A stretch of DNA of 64,000 bases from an uncultured Thermoplasmata archaeon (GCA_963768855.1 CAVYJM010000006.1:544001-608000), one strand, 5' to 3'; positions 28,450 through 38,234 are shown, counted from the first letter of the stretch. A program made the numbers and translations. The notes: generated by a model not told the origin, from the sequence alone.

Positions 28450-29379
28450 ATGGCTCCGACCCGATCCGAACCGAAGGCGTCGAACGTGTGCGACCTGATC
28501 GGCCGCACGCCCCTCCTGCGCTTGGACCGGATCTGGCAGGACGTCATCCCCGGCGTCGAGCTCTACGCGAAGGCGGAGTGGGACAACCCGGGCGGGAGCG
28601 TGAAGGACCGCGCCGTGCTCTACATGCTCCGGGACGCGGAGAAGCGCGGCCTCACCCCGAAGTGGACCCTCCTCGACGCCACGTCGGGGAACACGGGGAT
28701 CGCGCTGGCGATGCTGGGAGCTGCTGAGGGCTTCCACGTCACCCTGTGCGTCCCCAAGAACCTCAGCACGGAGCGCCGACGAATCCTGCGTGCGTTCGGG
28801 GCCGATCTCGTGTTCACCCCGGCCACGGAGGGCACGGACGGCGCACAGCGCGTCGCCCGGTCCATGGCGGACTCCGCCCCGGACCGGTACTGGTACTTCG
28901 ACCAGTACAACAACGAGGCGAACTGGCGCGCGCACTTCGAGACGACCGGTCCGGAGATCTACGAGCAGACGGGGGGACGCATCACACACTTTGTCGCCTG
29001 CCTCGGCACGACCGGAACGTTCGTCGGCGCGGGCAAGTTCCTGCGGAGCAAGCTCCCGTCCATCCAGCTCGTGGCCGTGCAGCCGGACAGCCCGTTCCAC
29101 GGCATCGAGGGCGTGAAGCACCTCGAGACCGCGAAGGTCCCGGGGATCTGGGAGGCGGGGCTCCCGGACCAGACGATGACCGTGGCCACGGAGGATGCCC
29201 AGGCCGCGGCTCGCCGGATCGCGCGGGAGGAGGGCTACCTCGTTGGCACCTCGAGCGGCGCCGCCCTGGACGCTGGGCTGCGGCTCGCGGAGCGGATCCG
29301 GGACGGGGTCGTCGTGATGGTCTTCCCCGATGCGGGCGACAAGTACCTCGGGGACCGTTACTGGGAGGAGGCGATCTGA
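28450..29379 (+). CDS. cysM: PLP-dependent cysteine synthase family protein (CysM-like)
   Basis: KAEWDNPGGSVKDR, DATSGNTG, GTTGT, GTSSGA, FPDAGDKY. Confidence 0.88.
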   Translation: MAPTRSEPKASNVCDLIGRTPLLRLDRIWQDVIPGVELYAKAEWDNPGGSVKDRAVLYMLRDAEKRGLTPKWTLLDATSGNTGIALAMLGAAEGFHVTLCVPKNLSTERRRILRAFGADLVFTPATEGTDGAQRVARSMADSAPDRYWYFDQYNNEANWRAHFETTGPEIYEQTGGRITHFVACLGTTGTFVGAGKFLRSKLPSIQLVAVQPDSPFHGIEGVKHLETAKVPGIWEAGLPDQTMTVATEDAQAAARRIAREEGYLVGTSSGAALDAGLRLAERIRDGVVVMVFPDAGDKYLGDRYWEEAI

Positions 29380-29795
29380 TCGTCACGCTCACCCGCGCGC
29401 ACATCGAGGCGATTGGGGCTCACGCCCGCGAGACGTATCCGGAGGAGTGCTGCGGCTTCCTCCTGGGACCTCCGACGGAGCCGAGGACGGTGGCCTCGTT
29501 GCGGCGCGCCACGAACGTGGCCGAGACGAACCGGGCACGGCGGTACGTGATCGACCCGCGCGAGACCCTCGCGGTCGAGAAGGACCTGTCCGGAACCGGC
29601 GCGGAGATCCTCGGCTTCTACCACAGCCACCCAGACCATCCTGCGGAGCCCTCCGAGTTCGACCGCTCGCACGCGTGGCCATGGTATTCGTACGTCATCC
29701 TGAGCATCGTCGAGCGGGAGCCTGCGGACCTGCGCGCGTGGACGCTGGACGGGGACACGTCGACCTTTCGGTCCGAGTCCCTCTCCATCCCGTGA
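29376..29795 (+). CDS. JAB/JAMM (Mov34/MPN) metallopeptidase, Mec+-like
   Basis: YPEECCGFL, GFYHSHPDHPAEPSEFD (HxH-x7-S-x2-D); CTG start overlapping the cysM stop, after GGAGGAGG. Confidence 0.92.
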   Translation: MIVTLTRAHIEAIGAHARETYPEECCGFLLGPPTEPRTVASLRRATNVAETNRARRYVIDPRETLAVEKDLSGTGAEILGFYHSHPDHPAEPSEFDRSHAWPWYSYVILSIVEREPADLRAWTLDGDTSTFRSESLSIP

Positions 29796-29798
29796 GGT

Positions 29799-30395
29799 TC
29801 ATGCGGGCGGGTCGGGAACCGCGGCGGGCGCTTGCGGCTCGGTCCTCGACATGAGGAATCCGCCGAAGGCGATTTCCCACAGGAGGACTGGATAGGCGAT
29901 CATTCGCTCCATGCCGCCGAAACCGATGCCCGCATACTGTCCTGCGACGAAGAGGACGAGGGCCACGAGGCCGACGAGGCCAAGCACCGCGGAGATGTAG
30001 CGGATCGGCGGCGGGGTCCGAAGGGAGATCAGGATCGCTACGAGGCCGCCGAAGAAGAACGAAACGAAGGCGAAGACCGCGTGGGGCGCGCCCGTGGTCT
30101 CCGGGAAGAGGCCGACCCCGATGGGCCCGATCCCCGCCAGGGCGAAGGGGAGCGTGATCCAGAGCCTCTTGTGCGTGCGGTGGTAGAGGTAGGCGGCCGC
30201 CAACGTGAGGATTCCGAGAAGCGCCACGGAGACGTTGAAGAGGAGGGCGGTCGAGTCGACGCCAAGGTCGCTGATCGCGTTCGTCGAGATGCTGTAGTTC
30301 GGGCGCATGCCCTCGGCGACGAGCATCGCGAGGACGAACTGCAACGATCCGAGGAAGAAGAGGAAGCCCGCGAGTGTCCGGTCGTCGGTACGCAT
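29799..30395 (-). CDS. DUF998-like membrane protein
   Basis: NYSISTNAISDLG, GVGLFPET...PHAVFA, GGMERMIAYP; about 5 TM helices. Confidence 0.75.
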   Translation of the reverse strand: MRTDDRTLAGFLFFLGSLQFVLAMLVAEGMRPNYSISTNAISDLGVDSTALLFNVSVALLGILTLAAAYLYHRTHKRLWITLPFALAGIGPIGVGLFPETTGAPHAVFAFVSFFFGGLVAILISLRTPPPIRYISAVLGLVGLVALVLFVAGQYAGIGFGGMERMIAYPVLLWEIAFGGFLMSRTEPQAPAAVPDPPA

Positions 30396-30574
30396 GCCGC
30401 CGCCCATCCATCCGTCGGCCATAATCGTTTTCCCCGAATGGGATGAGAACCCCGGTAACCCGGGGGCCTATTCCGATGGGCGCTAGCCGTTGCGTGAATC
30501 CCCTTATAGATGTCGTCCCTCCCGTAGGGCGGCGGCGGAAGACCTAAGTAGAACAGCGGTGTGAGAGAGATTCC

Positions 30575-32032
30575 ATGGGCGCGAAGATCAAGGTCCTCAT
30601 CCCCACGCCGCTCCGTGCGTACGCGGCGAACCAGGACACGATCGAGCTCCAGGCCGAGGACGTCCGGGAGGCGCTCGGCACGCTCGTCGGCAAGTACGAA
30701 GCGCTGCGCCGCCACCTCTACACGGACGAAGGCCATCTCCGCAACTTCGTCAACGTCTACCTGAACGAGGAGGACATCCGCTACCTGCAACGGGAGGCCA
30801 CCCCGCTCAAGGACGGCGACACGATCTCGATCGTCCCGAGCATCGCAGGCGGGTCGAACTCCGTTCTGGAGTCCGTCGCATCGCGGCGCAAGGACATCCT
30901 GACCCCCGCGGAGATCAAGCGCTACTCGCGCCACCTCATCCTTCCAGACGTCGGGATGGCGGGGCAGCTCAGGCTCAAACAGTCCTCGGCGCTCGTCGTC
31001 GGCGCAGGCGGCCTCGGCAACCCCTTGCTGCAGTACCTCGGCGCTGCCGGCGTCGGGCGGATTGGGATCGTTGACTTCGACACGATTGACGTCACGAATC
31101 TGCAGCGCCAGGTGATGTACGGCACGAAGGACATCGGGCGGAAGAAGCTCGAGGTCGCGAAGGAGCGCGTGCAGGCGATCAACCCGAACGTGGACGTGCA
31201 GACGTACGAGGAGCGGCTCACCTCGGAGAACGTGCTCGGGATCCTGAAGGACTACGACGTCGTGATCGACGGGACGGACAACTTCCCGACTCGCTACCTG
31301 GTGAACGACGCGTCCGTCCTCCTGGGCAAGCCGAACGTCTACGGCTCCATCTTCCGGTTCGAGGGCCAGGCCAGCGTCTTCTGGGCCTCGAAGGGCCCGT
31401 GCTACCGCTGCCTCTATGCTGAACCGCCACCGCCGGGGCTCGTGCCTTCCTGTGCGGAAGGCGGCGTCCTCGGCGTCCTGCCGGGCATCATCGGTTCAAT
31501 CCAGGCGGTCGAGGCGATCAAGGTCCTCCTGGGCAAGGGCGACACCCTGGTCGGGCGGCTCCTCGTCTTCGACGCGCTGAAGATGAAGTTCCGGGAGCTC
31601 AAGCTCCGCAAGAACCCGGACTGCCCGATCTGCGGGACCCACCCGACGATCAAGGAGCTGATCGACTACGAGGAGTTCTGCGGCCTGAATGCCCCGAGCG
31701 AGCAGGTGAGCGAGGAGTTCCAGATCACGCCCGAAGAGCTCAAGGCGAAGCTGGACGACGGCGGGAACGTCGTCCTGCTCGACGTCCGCGAGCCGCTCGA
31801 GTGGGAGATCAGCCGCCTCGACGGCGCGATCCTCATGCCCGTCGGCCAGGTGCCCGGGCGCGTGAGCGAGCTCAGCACCGCGGACGAGATCGTCGTGTAC
31901 TGCAAGAGCGGCATGCGCTCCGCGCGGATCACGAACTTCCTCCGGGAACTGGGCTTCCGCAAGGTGAAGAACCTCGCGGGCGGGATCGACGAGTGGGCCG
32001 ACCGCATCGATCCGGACATGGCGCGGTACTGA
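30575..32032 (+). CDS. Ubiquitin-like (MoaD/CysO) + E1 (MoeB/ThiF) + rhodanese triple fusion (MoeZ-like)
   Basis: IPTPLR...LRNFVNVYLNEEDIR...IVPSIAGG; RYSRHL, GAGGLG, DGTDNF, CYRC/CPIC; LDVRE...VYCKSGMRS...GGIDEW. Confidence 0.93.
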   Translation: MGAKIKVLIPTPLRAYAANQDTIELQAEDVREALGTLVGKYEALRRHLYTDEGHLRNFVNVYLNEEDIRYLQREATPLKDGDTISIVPSIAGGSNSVLESVASRRKDILTPAEIKRYSRHLILPDVGMAGQLRLKQSSALVVGAGGLGNPLLQYLGAAGVGRIGIVDFDTIDVTNLQRQVMYGTKDIGRKKLEVAKERVQAINPNVDVQTYEERLTSENVLGILKDYDVVIDGTDNFPTRYLVNDASVLLGKPNVYGSIFRFEGQASVFWASKGPCYRCLYAEPPPPGLVPSCAEGGVLGVLPGIIGSIQAVEAIKVLLGKGDTLVGRLLVFDALKMKFRELKLRKNPDCPICGTHPTIKELIDYEEFCGLNAPSEQVSEEFQITPEELKAKLDDGGNVVLLDVREPLEWEISRLDGAILMPVGQVPGRVSELSTADEIVVYCKSGMRSARITNFLRELGFRKVKNLAGGIDEWADRIDPDMARY

Positions 32033-32075
32033 GGGCCGCGGAAGCCATAAGGGCCTTGGCCGCCATCCGGGTGCC

Positions 32076-32393
32076 ATGGCCCTCGATCCCGGGACCGTGC
32101 ACCGCTTCACGATGCTCGAACGGGCGGTGAAGAGCCTCGTGAAGCAGGGCCGCTTCGAGGACTCGCTCAAGCTCCTCGAGGAGATGTTCTCCATCGCCCC
32201 GGAGGACGCAGGACTGTCGAAGCTCAAGGCGCGGCTCGCCGCGGAGCTGATCAAGAAGGCGGCCCAGGCGCAGAAGATCTCGGCCGCCACGAGCATCGTC
32301 CAGCTCGTGGACCGGACGGTGCCCGTAGCGCATCTGGGGACCACCGAGAAGGATCTCCTCGCCCGCGCGAAGGTCGACCTCTACTCCCTGTGA
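32076..32393 (+). CDS. Hypothetical alpha-helical protein (single TPR-like hairpin)
   Basis: Open frame with typical codon bias; GRFEDSLKLLEEMFSIAPED resembles a TPR unit. Confidence 0.65.
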   Translation: MALDPGTVHRFTMLERAVKSLVKQGRFEDSLKLLEEMFSIAPEDAGLSKLKARLAAELIKKAAQAQKISAATSIVQLVDRTVPVAHLGTTEKDLLARAKVDLYSL

Positions 32394-32427
32394 ACGCGCA
32401 GCCTTATTTCTCCAGGGTGTCGTAGCG

Positions 32428-33000
32428 GTGGGCATGCCCCACGAGCCGTCTCCCGCGGACTACGCACGGGACCTTGCGCTCCAGCGCAAGGAGAAGGACT
32501 ACTACTTCCAGACGGACCCCGACTCCCCCATCCCGCCCACGGTCCGCGGGGAGTTCAGGGGACTCGAGTACTTCCCGCCCGACCTCAAGTACCGCCTTCC
32601 TGTGCGTCTCACGAAGCTCCCGAATCCGGAGGCCGTGACCTTGGCCACGTCGAAGGGCATCCCCCGGCCCATGGTCCGCTACGGGTACTTCGACTTCGAG
32701 ATCGACGGCCTGAAGCAGCGCCTTTATGCGTACCAGGCCGCACCGCAACCGGGACACCACCACGAGGACGCGTCCCTGTTCGTGCCGTTCCGGGACGCGA
32801 CCTCGGGGAAGGAATCGTACGGGGCCGCCCGGTACTTGGACCTCGAGGAGAACCCGACGGGCGCGTACGTCCTCGACTTCAACCTCGCCTACAACCCGTA
32901 CTGCGCGTACAGCGACAACTACGTCTGCCCGTTCCCACCGAAGGAGAACTGGCTGACCGTGCCGATCCGTGCGGGAGAGAAGACCTTCCCGCTCCACTGA
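32428..33000 (+). CDS. DUF1684-family protein
   Basis: LEYFPPD, LFVPFRDATSGKESYGAARYLD, LDFNLAYNPYCAYS...CPFPPKENWL...AGEK. Confidence 0.9.
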   Translation: MGMPHEPSPADYARDLALQRKEKDYYFQTDPDSPIPPTVRGEFRGLEYFPPDLKYRLPVRLTKLPNPEAVTLATSKGIPRPMVRYGYFDFEIDGLKQRLYAYQAAPQPGHHHEDASLFVPFRDATSGKESYGAARYLDLEENPTGAYVLDFNLAYNPYCAYSDNYVCPFPPKENWLTVPIRAGEKTFPLH

Positions 33001-33107
33001 ACGCTCCCAGGCGGACGCCATCCGGGCTCGCCACACCGGCGGGTGAGATCAACCTCAAACAAGGTCGACTTCCCCGCGGATCGCGCGCGAGCGGCCTGCG
33101 GCCTCGT

Positions 33108-33341
33108 TCACGCGAACGGGGCTTCCAGGAGCGTGACGGTCTGGAGGACACCCGGCGCTTGCCGGATACGCGTCGTGATCAGGCGCGCGAGCGTCGCGGT
33201 GTCCGTGGCCTGCAGGGTGAGGATGTAATCATACTCGCCGAAGAGGAAGTTGATCTCCTCGAGGCTTGCGATGCTCTGGAAGGCGTCGAGCACCTCGCGT
33301 TCCGCGCCGGTCTTCACCCGTACCAGGACGTAAGCCCGCAT
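33108..33341 (-). CDS. Stand-alone Lrp/AsnC ligand-binding (RAM) domain protein
   Basis: AYVLV.V..G, LFGEYDYI, IRQAPGV..T.TL; no HTH. Confidence 0.85.
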   Translation of the reverse strand: MRAYVLVRVKTGAEREVLDAFQSIASLEEINFLFGEYDYILTLQATDTATLARLITTRIRQAPGVLQTVTLLEAPFA

Positions 33342-33404
33342 CCCTAGCCGAGATGCCCATGGACTCGGCGGCTACAAAGACGTGTCGGCGGGCCCGCTGG
33401 GGAC

Positions 33405-34349
33405 CTAGAAGTCGTCTGTCGGATACTGGACGAACCGTCCGGACGTGCCGCCGAAGAGCCGCGGCAGGTCGCGGGTCCTCACCTCGCGGGTGAGGGGCAT
33501 GGCCATCGTGGTGTCCGAGATCCGATCGAGCCGATAGCCGAGGCTCCGGAACCTCGCCGCATCCCGGCGACACGTGATCCAGTTCGCCGTGGCAACGCCG
33601 TTCTGGGTCTTCGATTCCATGAGGCCGACCATGGCGCGGAAGTCGCGTCCCGCCGGCGCGATGACCTCTTCCATGAGTGCGCTCCTCTCCGGTCGCGTGC
33701 GGAGATACCCCACGATGCGTCCGTCGCGGACGGCAGCCCGGTACCGGCCGCGGAACCAGGAGAACGTTGAGAAGGCAGCGGGCACTTCATGAGGCGATCG
33801 CTCCGTCCAGCCGAGCAGGCCGCGGGTGATTTCCTCGTAAAGCTCCTGGAACGCCGGGAGGTCTTCCTTCCCCGTTTTGCGCAACCGGAGCGGGGCCGAC
33901 GGGCGACGCCTCTTGAGGACGACGCGGGTGCCGACGTAGAACGGCGCGAGGTCCACGTATCCGAGCTTGCGGTACACGCCGTATCCGCGAGTGTTCGAGC
34001 TCGTCGTGAGGGTGGAAATCCGCAACCCGTCCGCGCGGAACATGTCATGAACGTGCTGCATGAGGCGGCGCGCGTACCCACGCCCCCAGACGGAGGGAAG
34101 GGAGCACACGCCCTGCAGCCCGCCGACCGGCTCGACGCCCGTCGTCAGCCGGACCGGGAACCGCATCGGCACGACCTGCGCCAGGACCCGGCCTCGCTCG
34201 ACCGCGTACACCGGAAGACCGAAGGGATACCGCGGGTCCCGGCGGTAGATTCGGCGCATCTCGGACTCGTTCAGCGGCCGGCCGAAGGCGGCCGCGCCGA
34301 GCCGGTACGCATCGACCGGATCGATTTCGTCGTAGGTCCGAATCTGCAT
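33405..34349 (-). CDS. GNAT N-acetyltransferase (Eis-like N-terminal fold)
   Basis: GVCSLPSVWGRGYARRLM acetyl-CoA motif; YRKLGY. Confidence 0.82.
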   Translation of the reverse strand: MQIRTYDEIDPVDAYRLGAAAFGRPLNESEMRRIYRRDPRYPFGLPVYAVERGRVLAQVVPMRFPVRLTTGVEPVGGLQGVCSLPSVWGRGYARRLMQHVHDMFRADGLRISTLTTSSNTRGYGVYRKLGYVDLAPFYVGTRVVLKRRRPSAPLRLRKTGKEDLPAFQELYEEITRGLLGWTERSPHEVPAAFSTFSWFRGRYRAAVRDGRIVGYLRTRPERSALMEEVIAPAGRDFRAMVGLMESKTQNGVATANWITCRRDAARFRSLGYRLDRISDTTMAMPLTREVRTRDLPRLFGGTSGRFVQYPTDDF

Positions 34350-34362
34350 GGGTCGCGGGCCT

Positions 34363-35715
34363 CTACGCACCGAGGGCCGCCACGGTCTCGCGGAAGACCT
34401 CCGTGTGGCGGTCCACCTGGGCCCGGGTCGTCGCGGGGCACATGAGGGCCATGTTGTGGAACGGCGTGAGCAGGATGCGCCGGTTCAGGGCCATCAGGTG
34501 GACGAACTTGTCCAAGAGGCCATCCTTCGCGCCGATTGCCTCGGCGCCGTTGCGCGGGGGCGTCTTCCGGAAGCGGTATTCCGCCCGCGCGCCGAGCTGG
34601 ACGACGTGCCACGGAAGGTTCGCATCCCCGATGACCTGCTGCACCCCCGCGCTCCAGCGGGTGGCGAGTGGGATCATGCGATCGTACGAGGCCTTCGTGA
34701 TGACCTTCTCCAGGGTCGCGCGCATCGCGGCGAGGGCGAACGCGTTGCCCGTGAGCGTTCCACCGAGGCCGTTGACCCCGGTCGTGTCGGCGACCATGTT
34801 GGCAATCGTCTTGTCGTAGATCTCCTGGCTCGCGCCGAACGCCGCGGCCGGGATGCCCCCTGCCACGGGCTTGCCGAGGGTCACCATGTCGGGCTCGAGC
34901 TTGTGGGCCGCGGTGTACCCTCCGGGCCCGGCGCACCAGGTGTGCGTCTCGTCGATGATCCACACGGTGCCCGTGCGCCGCGTGATCTGCCGCATGTCCT
35001 CGAGGTACCCGTCGTCCGGGAGGACGATGCCGCAGTTCGTGAGCGCGGGCTCCATGAGCACTGCGGCCACGTCCCGCGGAGCGAGCGCCGCCTCGAGAGT
35101 CGGCAGGTCGTTGAACTCGATGACGCGCGTCGTGGCCTCCGGGTCCACCGGTGGGGGCATGGCGCCCTCGCGAGGTACCACACGTCCGTCCACGAGCCGG
35201 ACGAGCGCCTCGTCCACGGTCCCGTGGTAACAGCCGTTGAAAACGAGGACCTTGCGGCGGCCCGTGGCCTCCCGGGCCATGCGAAGCGCGAACCGGTTCG
35301 CGTCCGTCGCGGTCATCGCGATCTGCCAGTACGGCACGCCGAACCGCCGGGCGAGCTCCTCTCCGACCCAGAACGAGTCCTCCGTGGGGAGCATCGTGGT
35401 GATGCCTTTCCGCATCTGGCGGGCGGCGGCGGCCACCGTGGCCGGAGGCGAATGTCCGAACATCGCGCCCGTGTCCCCTAGGCAGAAGTCGATGTACCGG
35501 TGGCCCTCGACGTCCGTGATCGTCGCCCCCTTCGCCTCCCTCCCGAAGATCGGGAAGGGGCCTGGCCACTCGATCATCCAGTTCATCGGCACGCCCCCGA
35601 TCATGGACTTGCGCGCGCGCTCGAAGAGCCGTTTCGATTTCGGGTGCCCTCGGACGAACCGCTTCTCCTCCTCGGCGAGGACGGTCTGGACCTTCGTTCG
35701 GTCGATAGTGGCCAT
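34363..35715 (-). CDS. Class III PLP aminotransferase (GSA-aminomutase-like)
   Basis: YIDFCLG, TATDAN, YHGTVD, EPAL, IDETHT, TLGKPVAGG. Confidence 0.9.
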   Translation of the reverse strand: MATIDRTKVQTVLAEEEKRFVRGHPKSKRLFERARKSMIGGVPMNWMIEWPGPFPIFGREAKGATITDVEGHRYIDFCLGDTGAMFGHSPPATVAAAARQMRKGITTMLPTEDSFWVGEELARRFGVPYWQIAMTATDANRFALRMAREATGRRKVLVFNGCYHGTVDEALVRLVDGRVVPREGAMPPPVDPEATTRVIEFNDLPTLEAALAPRDVAAVLMEPALTNCGIVLPDDGYLEDMRQITRRTGTVWIIDETHTWCAGPGGYTAAHKLEPDMVTLGKPVAGGIPAAAFGASQEIYDKTIANMVADTTGVNGLGGTLTGNAFALAAMRATLEKVITKASYDRMIPLATRWSAGVQQVIGDANLPWHVVQLGARAEYRFRKTPPRNGAEAIGAKDGLLDKFVHLMALNRRILLTPFHNMALMCPATTRAQVDRHTEVFRETVAALGA

Positions 35716-35780
35716 GGAGTCTCCCCCGCGATGCCCGTACCGGATGGTGGGCCGGGGTCATAGTTTCTATGAATGGACCG

Positions 35781-35863
35781 CGCGGGGAGGGGGATTTGAA
35801 CCCCCGGGCGCAGAGCGCACTGGATTAGCAATCCAGCGCCCTACCAGGCTAGGCGATCCCCGC
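35781..35863 (-). tRNA. tRNA-Ser(GCT), CCA not encoded
   Basis: GCGGGGA/TCCCCGC acceptor stem, CTGGA-TTGCTAA-TCCAG anticodon arm, long variable arm, GGTTCAAATCC T-loop; TTTATAG TATA about 25-31 nt upstream. Confidence 0.97.
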
Positions 35864-36062
35864 AGGCGCGCGCCCATCGGGATGCCGCTATAAACGTTTT
35901 CGGCCCGGGCCGCCGCGCTCGCCTTCTTCAGGGGATATGCGGGCACCTGATCGCGGGTCCTGGGCGGACTCGGGTCGGCCGATGGGCGGGAAAAGGGAAA
36001 AGCAAATGTGGCCCGTCGTGTTGGGTGAACGCTCCCATCGCGCACCGCACCAAGGCGATGCT

Positions 36063-38234
36063 GTGATTCTGGTCTCCAATCGGCTTCCCGTCACCGTCAC
36101 CCGACGACAGGGCAGGCTCCAGTTCGAACCCTCTCCCGGTGGCCTGGCGGTCGGGCTCGAGGCATTCTACCGGGATCACGATGCGCGGTGGGTCGGCTGG
36201 CCCGGGGACATCCCGGAGTCCTCGCGTCGATCCGTGGACCGCAAGCTCCGCACGGAATACGGATGCTACCCGGTCTTCCTGCCGCGGGAGTTGGCGCGCG
36301 GGTACTACGCGGAGTTCTCGAACCGCACCCTGTGGCCCCTCTTCCACTCGTTCCCGACGTACGCCCGTTACGACGCGGAGAGCTGGGACGCTTACCGCGA
36401 AGTGAACCGCCGCATCGCCGACCGCGTCGCGGCCCTGGCGAAGCCCGACGAGGTGATCTGGGTCCACGACTACCACCTGATGCTCGTCCCCCGTTACCTT
36501 CGGGAGAAGAAGCCCGACGCGAAAATCGGGTTCTTCCTCCACATCCCCTTCCCTCCGTACAGCGACCTGCGGCAGCTCCCCTGGTGCCGCGAACTCGTGG
36601 ACGCGCTCCTGGGCGCGGACCTCATCGGCTTCCACACGTTCGACGACGCGCAGGCCTTCCTGAGCAGCGTGCGGCGGCTCCTCGGGCTCGACAACGAGAT
36701 CGGCCAGCTCCTCGTCGGCAAGCGGGCCGTGCAGGTCGACGTCTTCCCCATGGGGGTCGACTTCCGGCGGATCACCGCCACGCTCCGCGAGCCGCACCTG
36801 CAGGACCGTGTGGCCCGGTACCGCGAGGGGGTCGGGGCCTCGAAGCTCGTGTTCTCCCTCTCCCGGCTCGACTACACGAAGGGGATCCCGCAGGCACTGG
36901 AGGGCGTCTCGAGCCTCCTCGAGTCCCACCCGGGGTGGCGCGGCCGGTTCGTGTACCTCCTCGTCGTCGTGCCGTCGAGGGAGATTGTCGATCGGTATGC
37001 CGAGGAGAAGCGCGAGATCGACCGCCTCTGCGGAGAGATCAACAGCCGCTTCGGCACGTTCGACTGGACGCCGATCCGGTACATGTACCGGTATCTGGAG
37101 TACGAGGACCTGATCGCGCTCTACCGCGCGGCGGACGTCGCCCTGATCACGCCCCTGCGGGACGGCATGAACCTCGTCGCGAAGGAGTACCTCGCCTCGA
37201 AGGAGGATCTCCACGGCGCCCTCGTCCTGAGCGAGATGGCGGGAGCCTCCCGGGAGCTCCACGAGGCCCTCATCGTGAACCCGAACAGCCGAACCGAGGT
37301 GGCCGACGCCCTCCGAAGCGCCCTCGAGATGCCGGAGGGCGAGCAGGTCCGACGCAACCGGCTCATGCGGTCGCGGCTCGAGCAGTACGATGTGCGCCGG
37401 TGGGCGGACCATTTCCTCGAGCGGCTCGAGGAGTCCGTCTCGCTCTCCCGCTCCCTCGCCGTCCGCATCCTCACGAAGGCAGACCGCGAGACGATCGTCG
37501 CGGCATACGCCCGCGGGCACAAGCGCCTCCTGCTCCTGGACTATGACGGCACCCTCGCGCCCTTCACTCCGGACCCCGCCCAGGCCGTCCCCTCCGCCCG
37601 TGCGATGGGCCTGCTCAAGCAGCTCACCGCCTCCCCGTCGAACCGCGTCGTCGTCATCAGCGGGCGGCGGAAGGAGGATCTGTCCGTCTGGTTCGACGGG
37701 CTCTTCATGACGCTCGTTTCGGAGAACGGCGCCTGGGTGCGGCCCGCGGAGAAGGGCGAGTGGCAGGCCACGGTCGCCCTCGACACCCGCTGGAAGGACC
37801 GCATCCGCCCGATCCTCGAGCGCTTCGAGAAGCGCATCCCCGGATCATCGATCGAGGAGAAGGAGACCTCGCTCGTCTGGCACTACCGCCGCGTCGACCT
37901 GAACACGGGATCCATCGCGGCCCGGGAGCTCATCGACACGCTCACGAACCTGACGGCGAACCTCGAGCTGGTCGTCTTCATCGGGAACCAGTCCGTGGAG
38001 GTGCGGAGCAGCCGTGTGAGCAAGGGGGCCTTCTACCAGAGCCACCTTGCAGGCGGCTCGTGGGACTTCATCTTCGCGATGGGGGATGACTGGACCGACG
38101 AGACCCTGTTCAGCCGCCTTCCCGCCGACAGCTACTCCGTCCGCATCGGGCTGTCCGCATCCACCGCGCGATTCAACGTCGAGTCGACGGAGGACGCGCT
38201 CGCTCTCCTAGAGCGGCTCGGCGCCGTCGACTGA
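36063..38234 (+). CDS. Bifunctional trehalose-6-phosphate synthase/phosphatase (GT20 + HAD)
   Basis: VSNRLP, GGLAVG, WVHDYHL, FFLHIPFP, SRLDYTKGIP, RDGMNLVAKEY; LLLDYDGTL, GDDWTDE. Start uncertain (36006 or 36063). Confidence 0.95.
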   Translation: MILVSNRLPVTVTRRQGRLQFEPSPGGLAVGLEAFYRDHDARWVGWPGDIPESSRRSVDRKLRTEYGCYPVFLPRELARGYYAEFSNRTLWPLFHSFPTYARYDAESWDAYREVNRRIADRVAALAKPDEVIWVHDYHLMLVPRYLREKKPDAKIGFFLHIPFPPYSDLRQLPWCRELVDALLGADLIGFHTFDDAQAFLSSVRRLLGLDNEIGQLLVGKRAVQVDVFPMGVDFRRITATLREPHLQDRVARYREGVGASKLVFSLSRLDYTKGIPQALEGVSSLLESHPGWRGRFVYLLVVVPSREIVDRYAEEKREIDRLCGEINSRFGTFDWTPIRYMYRYLEYEDLIALYRAADVALITPLRDGMNLVAKEYLASKEDLHGALVLSEMAGASRELHEALIVNPNSRTEVADALRSALEMPEGEQVRRNRLMRSRLEQYDVRRWADHFLERLEESVSLSRSLAVRILTKADRETIVAAYARGHKRLLLLDYDGTLAPFTPDPAQAVPSARAMGLLKQLTASPSNRVVVISGRRKEDLSVWFDGLFMTLVSENGAWVRPAEKGEWQATVALDTRWKDRIRPILERFEKRIPGSSIEEKETSLVWHYRRVDLNTGSIAARELIDTLTNLTANLELVVFIGNQSVEVRSSRVSKGAFYQSHLAGGSWDFIFAMGDDWTDETLFSRLPADSYSVRIGLSASTARFNVESTEDALALLERLGAVD

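Noticed and set aside
34363-35715. Calling the aminotransferase hemL
   Set aside because: It is GSA-aminomutase-like, but there is no heme-pathway context and diagnostic residues were not confirmed; left as a class III aminotransferase.
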